A stretch of 64,000 nt of DNA, from contig NC_057718.1 of NCBI RefSeq assembly GCF_004010195.1, positions 39,600,635 to 39,664,634 of the forward strand. The letters are read 5' to 3'. The notes beneath the pieces were generated by a model that did no database searches, was not told the origin of the DNA, and worked only from the letters and a program-made list of their open reading frames with translations. The first letter of the stretch is position 1; each line of letters begins with the position of its first letter. Made by a program: the position numbers and the translations under genes. Below are positions 11,601 through 26,600 of the stretch, one piece after another. The DNA is from Chiloscyllium plagiosum. Taxonomy: Eukaryota.

Positions 11601-14600
11601 GCAGATGACCCCAAAATTGGAGATTTAGTGGACAGCGAAGAAGATTATCTCGGATTACAACGGGATCTTGATCAGATGGGCCAATGGGCTGAGAAATAGC
11701 AGATGGAGTTTAATTTGAGGTGCTGCATTTTGGGAAAGCGAATCTTAGCAGGACTTATATATTTAATGGTAAGGTCCTAGGAAGTGTTGCTGAACAAAGA
11801 GAGACCTTGGAGTGCAGGTTCATAGTTCCTTGAAAGTGGAGTCGCAGGTAGATAGGATAGTGAAGAAAGCGTTTGGTATGCTTTCCTTTATTGGTCAGAG
11901 TATTGAGTACAGGATTTGGGAGGTCATATTGCGGCTGTGCAAGACATTGGTTAGGCCACTGTTGACATATTGCGTGCATTTCTGGTCTCCTTCCTATCGG
12001 AAAGATGTTATGAAATTTGAAAGGGTTCAGAAAAGATTTACAAGAATGTTGCCAGGGTTGGAGGATCTGAGCTATAGGGAGAGATTGAATAGGCTAGGGC
12101 TGTTTTCCCTGGAGTGTCGGATGCTAAGGGGTGACCTTATAGAGGTTTACAAAATTATGAGGGGCATGGATAGGATAAATAGACAAAGTCTTTTCCTTGG
12201 GGTGGGGGAGTCCAGAACTAGAGGGCATAGGTTTAGGGTGAGAGGGGAAAGGTATAAAGGAGACCTAAGGGGCAACTTTTTAATGCAGAGGGTAGTACGT
12301 GTATGCAATGAGCTGCCAGAGGAAGTGGTGGAGACTGGTACAACTGCAACATTTAAAAGGCATCTGGTGGGAATATGAATAGAAAGGGTTTAGAGGGATT
12401 TGGGCCAAGTGCTGGCAGGTAGGACTAGATTGGGTTGGGATATCTATTCAGCATGGACGAGTTAGACCAAAGCATCTGTTTCCATGCTGTACATCTCTAA
12501 CTCTAAAAGTTGGTTTGTTGTCAGTTTCTTGTACATGCCTATTTCATTTAAGAATTGTAACCATCTGTTAAGCTGACTATCCCTCACTTATTTGATTTGT
12601 AGTTAGTATGATACTGCATGACCTTTGGAGGGAAGGGACTGTTACTCTTAAGTTGACCTAATGTTTTGCAGGTAATTCGTAAATGAATGTTATGACTTTT
12701 TCTCTCCTCCAATTCAAGTTTGCAAGTAAAATATTGATTAAACACATTCTTTTGTGTACTCCTTGTCAGTTAATATGCTTAACATAGCAGATCTGTCTAG
12801 GAATGCTGATCTTTGATATATTTGTGAATGTCCAGATAATCAATATGAATTGTCTTGTAAATTATCTTTGAATTGGGTTTTCAGTAAATCATGGCAATTT
12901 TATTTGCAGAAAGCATAATGAGATTATTCTAATTGAAGGGAGTATGCAGTAGAATTTTGAATGATATGATTTGCAAGGATGATTTTCAGTATTCTGAACA
13001 ATTGAAACTATTTTTAAATCTTTTATCTAATTCTTCTTTTCTGTTTTTAAAATGCTTTCTAGAGAGACTAAACCTATTGCTGTTTGTCCCATTGATCATG
13101 AAAGGATTATTACAAATTGGGTAAGACAACATTATATGTCTAATATATATTAGACAAAGATATAATGGTAAATAGAAAAAAAACTGTGAAATTCCTCTTA
13201 ATGAAAAGCAGTAGTTTCATATTTTCTCCATAATGATCTTCTAAAGAAACCACATTTGCGAAGATTGTACAATTCAAAGTTGTCCATTGTCACAATTTGA
13301 TCAGCAGTTTGTTAATTGTGAAGAAAGGTAAAAATGAAACATTTTTTTATTAAAAAACACAAGTATTCCTTAAAATGCAGCAAACTGCTTTTAAGAAAAC
13401 ATGAGTTGGATGAAGTGATTTTGTATATGTCAGCTAATTATTGTGTGCTTACAATAACATATCATACCAAGAAGTACCACCTGGCTTTTACATTTCCTTT
13501 CGTGAGTTCCTGATCTCAATAGCTTGGCTAGCATACGGGCAGCATGATGGCTCAGTGATTAGCACTACTGTCTCACAGCACCAGGGACCCAGGTTCGATT
13601 CCCGCCCCAGGCGACTGTCTGTGTGGAGTTTGCTCATTCTGTGGGTTTCCTCCGGCTGCTCCGGTTTCCTCCCACAGTCCAAAGATATGCAGGTTAGGTA
13701 GATTGACTATGATAAATTGCCCATACTGTTAGGTGCATTAGTCAGGGGTAAATGTAAGAGAATGGGTCTGAGTGGGTTACCCTTCAGCGAGTCAGTGTGG
13801 ACGTTTTGGGTCGAATGGCCTGATCCACACTGTAAGGAATCCAATCATAGTTATACTTTTGGAAGCCAGAAGGGAGGTTAGTGCTGCATACTTTCTTTAT
13901 GATGCTGTATATTGAACTTAATATTCACAAATTAACTTCATTAAATATAAGCTGAAAATGATTCCTGAAGAAGGGCTCATGCCCGAAACGTCGATTCTCC
14001 TGCTCCTTGGATGCTGCCTGACCTGCTGCGCTTTTCCAGCAACACATTTTCAGCTCTGATCTCCAGCATCTGCAGTCCTCACTTTCTCCTTCATTAAATA
14101 TAATCCAACTTATGCTGCCAACCCCTGCCTTGAGCAATAAAATTCCAATGCTTACAAGAAACTGCCATGTTCAATATGTGTGCCATGTTGAACACAGTGA
14201 CATTGACTTAACAGTACAGAAAGAAAATTAAGTCCTTTGAAAGTGCAATCCCTGTTATAAAATAGGAAATTATGAAGAAAATTGTGCCTGGACATGAAAA
14301 TGGCCTGGGCTTGAGAAAGGTTCAGATTCTGCTCGTGATTGGAGTGCTTTCAAGGCACATTATGCCATATATTTAACATGCCTAATTACATAAATCACAA
14401 GGGGATCAATTCACATGCAGTTCCTTGATATCAAATTCATGTTGATGTGGATTTGACCTTAAATCTATGCTGTGATAGTATTTGAAAGCACACACAAGGA
14501 AGAACTGAATTAGAGAGGCACCGCAATATAGAAAAAAGGCTTAAATATTGTTTTACTAAAGCCTCAGAAATTGGACAAAATGATTTTTTTATATTCTATT

Positions 14601-17600
14601 AAACAATCTCATGAGAGCTTGACTGACTGTCCCTTGTTTAAACTTGGTCCCAGAGCTGCAGAGTATTGCCATTTTATTGTGTTCTATTTGTATTCAATTA
14701 GATAACAATGAACATATTGCAGAGTTATGGTAAATGACCCCACACCCAGTATGTGCCTTTTAACAAGAGGATTATCACAGTTTAATATCGTTCCTCTATA
14801 AATTTTCTTGCCTTGTTCTAGATAGCAAAAGTCTAACGTATCTCTCAGAGCATTTCACATTAAATGAAATCCTTTGAAGTGCAGTATCTGTTGCACTCAG
14901 AAATGAAAGGCATATGTTCGGGTGCAGGGTCAAGTAGCCCCCGGAACTGAACTATTCATTGTTGATTAAACTTTGTTATTGGACCCAGACTTCCTTGTCC
15001 CCTCCCATCATTTTGTGCCCACACGTATATGGGTGCATTAATTCGAATGATGGAACATGCCCTCTGCTATGTTTCTCACAATTTGAATTGTTTGAATTGT
15101 CGGCAGGGCTGCCTGTTAGGCTGTCATGTCTAGCATTCAATGTTTAGAAGGCTTCAGGCAGAGTGACCTCAGGTAGTTGCTCTCAAAAAATGGATGGACA
15201 CTCCCAAGAAACAAGTGAGATGGAATTACTGAGAATTTACAGTATAGAAACAGGCCATTCAGCCCCACCATTTTGTGCCTGTGTTTACGTTCCTCACAAA
15301 AAAGGTAAGATGTATCACAAATTTGCCCATTTTGGTACACATTTAGCATCTACACATAGTTTCTGGATAGCAATATCAGCAGCCAGTCTTACTGATTATT
15401 TTGTGTGCTTGCCTCACTGAAGGCACCCAAGTTAATTTTATTCTGACACCTTCAAATGCATTAGCTCAATCAGCATGCACCAGAACTAAAGAAGGAACTT
15501 CTTGGCTTATTATCGCTCAGTATGATTCATCTATTCACGAGTCATCAAGAGCCTATCAACATCAGTGTTGTAACAAATTCCGACTGGATACTAAAAGAAA
15601 CAGCCAGCTTTTTCTATTTTAGACAGACTAAAGAATGAACAATATCCCATAGAAAGCTTATTTTAAACTCCACTTGTGACACAAGACAGGTTAAAGCCTG
15701 CATCACATATGTGAAGATTTTTTTTAAAAACCATGACTGATAGAAAACTGAAAGTAAAACAGAAAATATGTGAAATATGAAACAAAAACAGAAATTGCTG
15801 GAGAAACTCAGCAGATCTGACAGCACTTGTGGAGAGAAAGTACAGTCAATGTTTCAGGTCCTGTGACCCTTCTTCAGAACTAATTGTAGCTAGGAAAAGG
15901 TGGTATTTGTGCTGAAGTCAAAGGGTGGGAGGAGGAGTGAGAAATAGACAGCAATGGAACCCAGAGAAGCAAAACGACACTTCAGCAGACAAAGGGAGTG
16001 ATAATAGTATGCTCAGGAGAAAGGAAAGCTGATAAGGTGACCATAAGTAGTTGAAAATGGGTTTGCCATGCTGAAAGCAGCCCATGTCACAACAGGGCCT
16101 GGGGTGTGCAATTTGGTAAAGGACATAGATGAAGGTGTTCAGGTTCTGGAATACTTGAACTTAATATTCACTCCTGAAGGTCAAGGGTCCCCCAGGCCAA
16201 AAACGTGATGCTTTGTTTCAGATTTCCAGCATCACAGTTCATTATTTTATTTCCGTATTGGAAATACTCAGCTGGCCAGTTAAATTCTGAAGAGTAAGGT
16301 GTATCATAGTTCTGAGTGGAATCCTTCATTTGAATTCAGGGTTAACCAGCACTACTTAGTCTGACTGTGGACTGAATGACTGTACTTTGTACTTTGTAAA
16401 GTTCTTAGTTTTGTAGAGACTATTTGAGAAGAAAATTTAGGCATTTTACTTTAAGAAAATAATAATATTTAATATGTGCATTTTTTTTAAAGCTATTTAG
16501 AGATAATTGTTGCAAGAGGGAAGTATGGAATTTGATGGTGTACTGTAAAAATTCACCAGCCTGTAATGTAAAAACATCATTCGGACGTTTAGGGGTGAGT
16601 ACTGTAGAAATGTTTATACAATATTTAATAAAGTCTTGATGATTTCCCTCTTACTCAATATTTATGGACATCTTTGTAACATTTGTTCCGATTGGATTTC
16701 ACATTGCAAAGAACATAATTATATCCATCTTTCTTCATATGAAAACTATTTATACAAATACGTGAATACTAGCACAGTTCTGCATTTCTGCTGTAATTTT
16801 ATAGTTTCTCATAATTTTGCAAAATTTAGGAAAGCAGTTTACGATGATGTTACTATGTCCTTAATAGTCAACTGAAATTGCTTTTTGGTACTGGATCTTC
16901 CAATCACTCTGTGACTGTAATAATGCAGAATAACAATGCTATCCTCTTCTACTTTACTCTGCTGTAGATTTCTCATTACGTTATTGACAGTTCAGTGTTT
17001 CACTCTTTAGCAAATTCCATTTATCCCATTCAACATCAATTCCTTCTTCACTATCTTCATTGCTGGGACGGTGTTGCAAAATTTGGACTAACAGCTGCTT
17101 CAGTTCTTGTGATATTCAACTTTCAACCCTAATTTGTGGTTTTTAGCACAATGTTTGACCCATGACCCATGCTGATTAGGCAGATCTTGACACCAATCAG
17201 CATGTAATAGTGATTTGATACTAGTACTGCTATTTTTGGAGTTTAACACTCCAGATAATGCTTACTTCTAACCGTGCTTGCCTGAACATAGGTTCAGTAG
17301 CAGGAATGACCCATCATGACTCCATCCCCTATTTAAAATGATCATTAACTATTTTTGGCTTAGTTGCTGCTTGTTTTTTCTGCCTGTTGCTATGATTGTA
17401 CAAGTCACTGGTACTTTCTGAAGTTTGTTAAAATTTCTAAAGTCTGCATCATGGTGATGGCTGAAAGAGTTTGTCATAACACAAAGGCTTTTGCATAGCA
17501 GGTTGCTCCCAAACTCATGTGCAGTAGTAGGCATTTGTCATGGCATATAGCATGACTGAGAGGATGAACAGAGCTCACACCAAATAAAGAAATACTAGAA

Positions 17601-20600
17601 GGAGGAGGGGGAATGTGAAGGGAGGAGGGCTCTCAGCAAGAAGTTATATCTGCCCTTGACATTCAGGAAGCAATTTTCTTACCTGCGTCAATTCTTTACC
17701 AGACTCCTCCGTACAAAACTCTTTTTCTCTCTCAGGTTAACTATGTTATATTTGAACTTTCATTACACAATAAACAATTTGTGACTCCTCAACTTCTCTG
17801 AGTCGTCTGTAACCTTTGACCAAATTTTACACGCATTCTAACCGCCTGCTGTGTAAAGAGAAATTTTCAATTTTTCTTTTAATTTGTTCTGTAATTTTTA
17901 ACTGTTTTTGCTTGTTTCTTACTAACCATTGAAAACAATCCATAATTATTTATCTTAGCTTAACTCTTTTTGTATTTGAATGTTATCTAACCAAACACCT
18001 TAAATTAAACTTTTAAATGCACTTAAGCTTCTTTGGACAATTGCAAAGCCTGCTATCAACCAAACAAATCCACACTTTATCTTTTCAATTGCATTTAGAT
18101 CCTTTTCTGTAATCGATGTTTACAACTGGATATAATACTGCTACTGCTATCTAACTAAAACCTCATACAGGTTTAGCATTACCTTTTCATTTATGGTTTG
18201 TTTTCTGTTTTCCTTTTGTAGGACATATCTACTTGTGCTGCCATCTGTAGTAACCTTTTGAGACTGCACCAACTTCCTTCGTCTCCCTAACCCACTTAAA
18301 ATCTTACCTTTTAAAGTGTATTCATTTTCCACATTCTTACTTCCAGAATATGCTATTTCACATTTTTATATTTTGAACTATATTTAACAGCCATTTTCTG
18401 ACTTTGACAGCCTATCTCCATCCTTCTGTCCTGCACAGTTCTCACCATCATTTACTATGCACCTAATTTGGTGTCATGGTCAAATTTCAACTCTATTTCC
18501 TCAATTGTTAAGTCTAAATTTGTTTATGTACACTGTAAATAAGAGCAACTCCAGCACAAGCCCTGGTGAAACACTACACATTACACTCAAATCTCAAAAA
18601 TCTTCCTTTTCCACATTGTGTGTTTTCTCTCCTCCAATTAAGTTGTATCAATTCTAGCCACAGTTCCTCCGTTTCTTGTGCTTTGTCTTTGCCATAAATC
18701 TAATTGGTAGTTGATTTTCAAGTAACCGTATGCTTTTTAGATTAGATTAGATTACTTACAGTGTGGAAAATGCTACATTTATTCTTCTGCCTGAATAGTA
18801 CAAATGTATCCACTCACTAGCTGAAATTATTCTGTACTGATCTCACCTCGATTAGTGAATCTTTGCAACTAGATTTTTTGCTTGCTTGTTCACAGGATGT
18901 GGGTATTAGTAGATAAGTGAACATTTATTACCGATCTGTAACTATGCTGGAGAAGGTGCGGGTGAGCTGCCTTCTTGAACAAATGGCAGTCTGTGCAGAG
19001 TGGGTGCACCCTTAGTGCTGTTAGGAAGGGAATACCAGGATCTTGACAAAGCGACAGTGTATGAAAGATGACATATTTCCAAGTTGGGTTGCTGTGTAAC
19101 TTCGAGGGGAACTTTGAAGTGGATGTGTTACCATGTATTTGATACCCTTGCCCTATTAGGTGGTAGAGATTGAGAGTTTGGAAGGAGCTATCAAAGAGAC
19201 CTAGGTGAATTGCTGCAGTGCATCTTGTAGCTATGTTGCACTGCCACTATGCGTCGGGATTGAAGAGGAAGAATGTTTAAGGTAGTGAACAGGCTGCCAA
19301 TTAAGTGGTAAAAACAATGACTGCAGATGCTGGAAACCAGATTCTGGATCAGTGGTGCTGGAAGAGCACAGCAATTCAGGCAGCATCCGAGGACAGGCAA
19401 AATCGACGTTTTGGGCAAAAGCCCTTCATCAGGAATAAAGGCAGAGAGCCTGAAGCGTGGAGAGATAAGCTAGAGGAGGGTGGGGGTGGGGATAGAGTAG
19501 CATAGAGTACAATAGGTCAGTGGGGAAGGAGATGAAGGTGATAGGTCAGGGAGGAGAGGGTGGAGTGGATAGGTGGAAAAGGAGCTGGGCAGGTCGGACA
19601 AGTCCGGACAAGTCAGGGGATCGTGTTGCTGGAGGTTAGAAACTAGGATGAGGTGGGGGAAGGGGAAATGAGGAAACTGTTGAAATCCACATTGATGCCA
19701 CCTGGGGTTCCGAGGTGGCCTGCTTTGTCTTGGATGGTGTCAAGTCTCTTGAATGTTCTTGGAGCGGCACCCAATCTAGACAAATGGAGAGTATTCCATC
19801 ACAATCTTGATTCCTCTAGATGGTGGACAGGCTTTGGGAGCCAGGAGGTGAGTTAGTGGGGTATTAAACTTTGATTCTCAAAATAGAAAAGTCTAAAATA
19901 CAGATAAAAAAGTTATGTTAATCATTACGAGATTAAGGAAAATTATCTGGAAGAGGTAATCTAATTTTATTTCTCTTTGCATTAGTCAGCCTAACTGTCT
20001 GATGCAAAGACAAAATAAATATGAAGAAATTAATTAACTTAGAAAAGTTAACAAACTGCCAAATTAATTTTCTACAAGGTGCACTGTCAAGGTTTCCCCA
20101 CCAATATTACATTTATTGCAGAAAGATGCTGATTTGAAATCCTTCAAGCTTCTGTTTGAGGGAGTCTTGCTGCACACCTATGATCTTGCACAGTAGGGCA
20201 GCATGGTGGCTCAGTGGTTAGCATAGCTGCCTCACAGTGCTAGAGACCTGGATTCGATTCCAGCCTTGGGCGACTGTCTGTGTGGAGTTTGCACATTCTC
20301 CCCGTGTCTGTGTGGGTTTCCTCCGGGTGCTCCGGTTTCCTCCCACAGTCTAAAGATGTGCAGATTGGGTGAATTGGCCATGCTAATTTGCCCATTGTAT
20401 TCAGGGATGGTTACATTAGTCAAGGGTAAGTATAGGATAATAGGGTCGGGGAATGGGTCTGGGTGGGATACACATCGGAGAGTCGGAGTGGACTTGTTGG
20501 GTAGAAGGGCCTGTTTCTATACTGTAGGGGTTCTATTCTATAAGTTTTGAGTGGACACATTAGAGCATTTGAGCAGCTTTGTAAATGTTAATGTAGCAAG

Positions 20601-23600
20601 ACAGTGCACAGAGAGGAATATCCAAATATCTAGTATTTACACTCCTAACTCGGTCTCTTCAATACTTCAATGTTTTCCTCCTCACTCTCTTCAGAAATCT
20701 CATTTTTTGAAATATATCATAGTTTGTCACTTTGCTATTCTATCTACCTTAGTAGAAATATTTAAGATGGAAAGGGGGAAACTATGGAATGCAGTGACTT
20801 AACATAATGCCTAAGTTGAAGTACAGTTCACAATACGAACTGGTATGATTTGCACATTATCAAACTAATTCCTTTATAACGTAGGTTCTCATTTGTACCG
20901 TAGAACCGATGGGAATCTGGCTGATTGCACACATTAAAGGGTAAAATTTTGAATTGAGTGCTCTGGAAACAGGATTTCACCTGTTTGGAGCCTATATCAG
21001 GAAATTGTCCAGATGCAGCCAATGAATTTCCAATCGGAACTAGTAAATTTCTCCTTTGAATTTGCATTCACACTCTGGTCATTCAAAAAAAAAAGGAAGA
21101 AGCCAACCTGGTGTAGTAGGTGCTACTCTTCTAAGCTAGGAGCTAAGACAAGCTTTTCGAAGCAGAGCAGAAAGTACTAAATACAGTTTGGGCTGCTGGT
21201 GTTTTATACTGACTTTTTTGGTGTCAAAAGTGTAAAGGATGTTATTCACTTACATGACAACATTTTTCTTGATGAAGATAAATACTGACCAAGTCAAAAT
21301 CTATGACTTACTGATAATTATTTTTCTCTATTCTTTTAGGATCACCTTAAAAAATGCGAGTTTGAACATGTAGCATGTATCAATGGTTGTGATGCTATCT
21401 TACATAGAAAAGATTTAATTGATCATTTGCAAACAGTGTGTGAATATAGAGAAGAAGCCTGCCAATATTGCAAAGTGAAACTGATCTTTAAAAACATTAA
21501 GGTAATAGCATATTTGGTGGTTAATCAATTATTTTGTTAGCCAATTCATGATTGCTACATAATTTTGTGCTATTGAGAGTAAAAAGGTACTTAATGCTTT
21601 GGTGTTCTGTATATCAGGCTTTGTTTTCATGTGCTGTTCCTGATTTCTGCTGCCTACACAAGAGGCTATTTTGTGACTCTCGACTCATTATCACCAAAAA
21701 CTCCTGGATTCTAAGATTTGAACATGTACTGATGGGCGACATTACAGTGTTGTAGTGAGGGATTGTTACATGCATTGTCCTTTCAAAGAAAGTTTAATAC
21801 CAAGGCCTCAATCTGGCCCCTCAGATTTATTGTAGAGATTCCATGGCACAGCTTGAGAATCATAGAATCACTACAATGTGGAGGAAGGCCCTTCGGCCCA
21901 ACAAGTCCACACCGACCCTCCGAAGAGTAACCCACCCTGATCCATTCCCCTATCCTACTATCCTATATTTACCCTTGACCATTGCACATCCCTGAACACC
22001 ATGGGCAATTTAGTATAGCAAATTCACCTAACCTGCACATCTTCTGACTGTGGGAGGAAACTTGAGCACCCAGAGGAAACCCACACAGACACTGGGAGAA
22101 CGTGCAACATCCCTATAGACAGTCGCCCGAGGCTGGAATTGAACCCAGGTCCCTGGCGCTGAGAGGCAGCAGTGCTTACCACTCAGCCAGCATGCCGACC
22201 ATGTTCATTCTTGCATTCATCCCTAATTTTGGGAGGACATTCCAAAGGCAAATTAGATTATTTTTCTTTCATACTGGAAAGATCAAAGTGGTGCTAATCA
22301 TATGATGAACCCCAATCAATGATCAGTTAGTATAATTAATATACCTGACTGTTTGCGATGCATCTAATTTGGTACTACTTACAGATTTTGCATTTTTCTT
22401 TTACAAGGAGCATGAAGCAGTTGCATGTCCAAATTTTCCGATCCAATGTACATACAATTGTGGTAAAAGTTTATTAAGAAGTGAGGTGAGCAATACTTAA
22501 GTAATAAAATTGCAATATTTACATAAAGATGCATTAATTATCAGTAATAATATTTGATTTTAAAAATTTTATTAGCATTTTTCTCCACCTGTCTCAGTCT
22601 ATCTCACCACAATACACCATGATGTAGGACTGAATCTTAACAGAAGTTACTACATGTTATTTTTGTAGTGCTTCATGGGGGGGTTTCTCTTGCAACGCCT
22701 AGCGAGTTTTCTTATGCAAAGGTCCCAACCTCACCTCTTTAACCAGGTGACAAATGCCCCGTGTACAATACTAGCCTGGTTCTCTGACTGACCATAGGTG
22801 GAAGTCCCCTCATCCCCCAGTTGATGGGATACCCCAGAATCCTTGATAGCCAAGTCATCTTAGAGCCACAACCCTATACATGGACAAATGTTGGCAGTCT
22901 AGTTTACCTTTCACAGTGTATTTATTGGGACATCACCCACAAACCAATGCTACTCCTGGCAGATAGGTTGGCACATCTGACACTTCCTTACACACACATC
23001 TGCCCATCCCTTTCCCTGTTACTGTTTAAGCATCAGGGCCATGATTAACTATATGTCCGTAGCCACATCCCATTTTACAATCCTGCTACTGTTTCCCTAC
23101 TGCCTATCGTAACCCAGTATCTTGCCATTCTTCAAACAGGAAAGCCTTCAATCACTTCAAAACACTCATTTTTATTCACCAACACCAAAAACAAACAGAA
23201 TTCAAACAAACAGAAACTGCATTTGCCTCTTGAAACAGCAATTGACTTTCCAGTGCCAATGATTTTACAGTAAATAAGAGAACACTGCATTCAGCACATC
23301 TGCTGGAAGTGGTTGTCAATTAAGTCCTGTCTGGCTATCATGCTGCAGATAATGTTCCTCCTATTCAAAGCTTCCCCTTCCTCCTCAGAAGAAAGCTCTC
23401 CAGGCTCATCGGCCTCCATCACATCCCCTCTTTTCCTCCTTCATTTGGACAGAGCACAGCATACCGGGATTATGCAGCACACTCTGTCCAGAGTATACTG
23501 CAAGGCACCAACAGACCAATCTAAGCAGTAGAACCTCATCTTCTGAAGGCCTGTTGTCTGCTTCACGGTGGCTCTGGTCGAAGAATGGGCTACATTGTAA

Positions 23601-26600
23601 GTGTTCTCCGCCTCAATCAAGGTACTGCATCGTGCAATCATTCATCATGGTTGAAAAGGAGAGCCCTTGTCTGTCTTTGAAAAGCATTTGGCTCTTGAAA
23701 CTCAGTAGAATCATGAGAGTCCTTGGTGTACCCCACAGTGCTACAGAGTGGTACCAATGATCACAAGTGTATGTTGATAGAATGGCACCCTTTCCCATCA
23801 ATGAACTCAGCCATGTTGTAAAATTGTCCTCTCAGTGCAACGTGAGTACAGTCTGTGCTCTGCACGGGAGGAAAGCCAGCTTTGTTGTTGAAGGTTACTG
23901 CTCGGGATGCAGCACTGACTCGATCATGAGGAAATTAGGTGAATCTGTGAGCCCTGGCACAAATGGATCCACTGTTGTTCATCATTTATAGAAATGATTT
24001 GGATGAAAATATTGGAGGCATGGTTAGTAAGTTTGTGGATGACACCAAAATTGGTGGAAGTGGATAGTGAAAATGTTTATCTAAGATTACAACAGGATCT
24101 TGATTAACTGGGCCAGTGGACCAAAGAATGGCAGATGGAATTTAATGGAGATAAATGCAAGGTGCTGCATTTTGGTAAGACAAACCAGGGCAGGACTTAC
24201 ACAGTTAATAGTAGGGACCTGGGAGAGAGACCCAAGGATGCAAATACATACTTGCCTTGAAAGTAGAGTCACAGGTAGACAGGATGGTAAAGGTATTTTG
24301 CATGCTTAGCTTCATCAGTCACGGCATTGAGTACAGGAACTAGGACATCATGTTATGGCCCTACAAGACATTGGTAAGACCACATTTGGAGTACTGCATA
24401 CAATTCTTGTCATCCTGCAAATGGAAGGATGTTATTAAACTGGAAAGAGTGCAAAAAAGATTGACAAGAATTTTATCAAAACTGAAAAGTTTGAGTTATA
24501 AGGATAGGCTGGGACATTTTCCCTAGAATGTAGGAAGCTGAGGGGTGATATTGTAGACGTTAATAAAGTAATGAGGGGCATAGGTAAGGTGAATAGGCAA
24601 GGTCTTTTCCACAGGGTAAGGGAATCCAAAAACTAGAGGACATCGGTTTAAGGTGAGAGGGGAAAAGAGACCTGAGGGGCAACTTTTTCACACAGAAGGT
24701 GGTCTGTATATGGAACGAGCTGCCGGGGAAGTGATAGAGATGAGTACAATTATAACATTTAAGAGACATTTGCACAGGTACATGGATAGGAAATGTTTAG
24801 AGGGATATGGGTCAAATGTAGGCAAATGAGACTCATTCAGATTTGCAAGTCTGGTTATCATGGACAAGTTGGGCCAAAGGGTCTGTATCCATGCTGTTTG
24901 ACTCTGACTGTGTCTGACTTGTGGATTGTATCCAACGGCATGCCCTTCAGTCATTTGCAATGGGCAGAGAGATGATTCTACTCACCCAACCTGTACTTGC
25001 AGAACTCAGAACATGTTGTCCATCATTAGGTATGGTTCCACGATTGGACAATACTTCTCAAATCTTCCAACCCTGGCAACATCCTTGTAAATCTTTTCTG
25101 AACCTGTTCTCAAGTTTTACATCTTTCCTATAGTAGGGAGATGCAGTAACCTAACCACTGTCCTGTTGAGCTGCACCATGACCTCTGTACAAACTGGATT
25201 TAGCTAGTTCTGCATTGTACAAATAACATTTTGAATGTTGGTGGAAAAATAGACGGCATTGTATCTGCACTCCGACTCATTCATGAGATTGAGTGAGAGT
25301 CATAGCCATGCTTAAAGGACAGGGCAGCCCTGGTCACACAGGGCTTCCTTACCTCATTGTAAGGAAGCAGAAATCTGAAAGTTCTCAAAAATATAGGCAT
25401 CATGCCAACTTCCAGAGTGGTATAGACTTCTAGGCCCTGAGGTGATTACAGATAAACTTTTATCTGTTCATGGAATGGAATCTATGAAAACTGCTGCATT
25501 ATGATATGGTATTCTCAATATAACCTGTGCACAGTCTATAGTGCAGTGAACCTGGGAAGCCAGCTATGTTGCAAATCCTACTGCTTCCACTGCAGCACTG
25601 TCCTTGTCATGGAGAATCAAATTGAAGCCATATGATCTGACACAAATTGCCTCGGTAATAGCCTCCATGCATTTGTGGGTCGTGGATTGAGAAAACCCAC
25701 ACAGTTCCCGAATGGATCCTTGGAAGCAGTTAGTTTCATAAATATTTAGTGCAGTTGTTGCCTTGATGATCACTGGAATAGAGTGACCATCGTGGAAATG
25801 GCATCGAAGATGGTAGACTCCGGACCTCTTGTACCACCTCCTCCTTTCTGAGAGAACCTTCAGCTGTGACTACTTCATGTGGAGACTATTTGGCAGCCAC
25901 TGGAGGTTATTGGTGGTCCTGGGCTTGCTGGTGTATTTGTTCCTCTGTGTAGAAATCATAGCAACAATGACAGTAACCATTGTTGTGGCTTGTTACATTG
26001 ATCACAGTTCCACTGAATTTGTGGGGGAAATATCAGAAACAGAACAGGTCAGTAGTAATGTGAGTAGTCAGCATTCACATCTTACACAAATGACAATTTA
26101 GCATCATCCTGATACAGTGGGACATGGTGGACTTTGACAAGGATGGCTCTGGAATATCTTGTCAGGGATCTTTGACATAATGGACCTTATTCCAATGTAT
26201 GCAGCACAAGACATGCCACACAAATATAGTAGGAAATTGTAAATACAGTAGGATTACTGAAAATCTGACACCCCACCCCACCCTGCATCCTTAGAAAGGC
26301 AGCTTGGGTTTGAAGAGTATGTTGACAGATGCCTACAGTTCAAGGTGCAGTCTGAGATCTTGGATTGTCTTTGGAAGAATGGTGGCCCTCCCATGCCATT
26401 TTTGATGTTGCTTGTGATAACTGTGATCAATCTGCAGTTACCAATGACATGGTCAAGGTTGCTTGTGACCAAGATTTGTAACCCCCACAATTGGACATAT
26501 GCAGAGTTCTATGACAACAAATGTCTTTATCCTGAACTGTGTAATGTCTGATTAATGCTATTGCCCTGTACAGCCTGCTACTCAGACAGAAAGAAACACT

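Noticed and set aside
9017..12378. Active LINE ORF1/ORF2
   Set aside because: Multiple stops, frameshifts and deletions; the RT core is disrupted.
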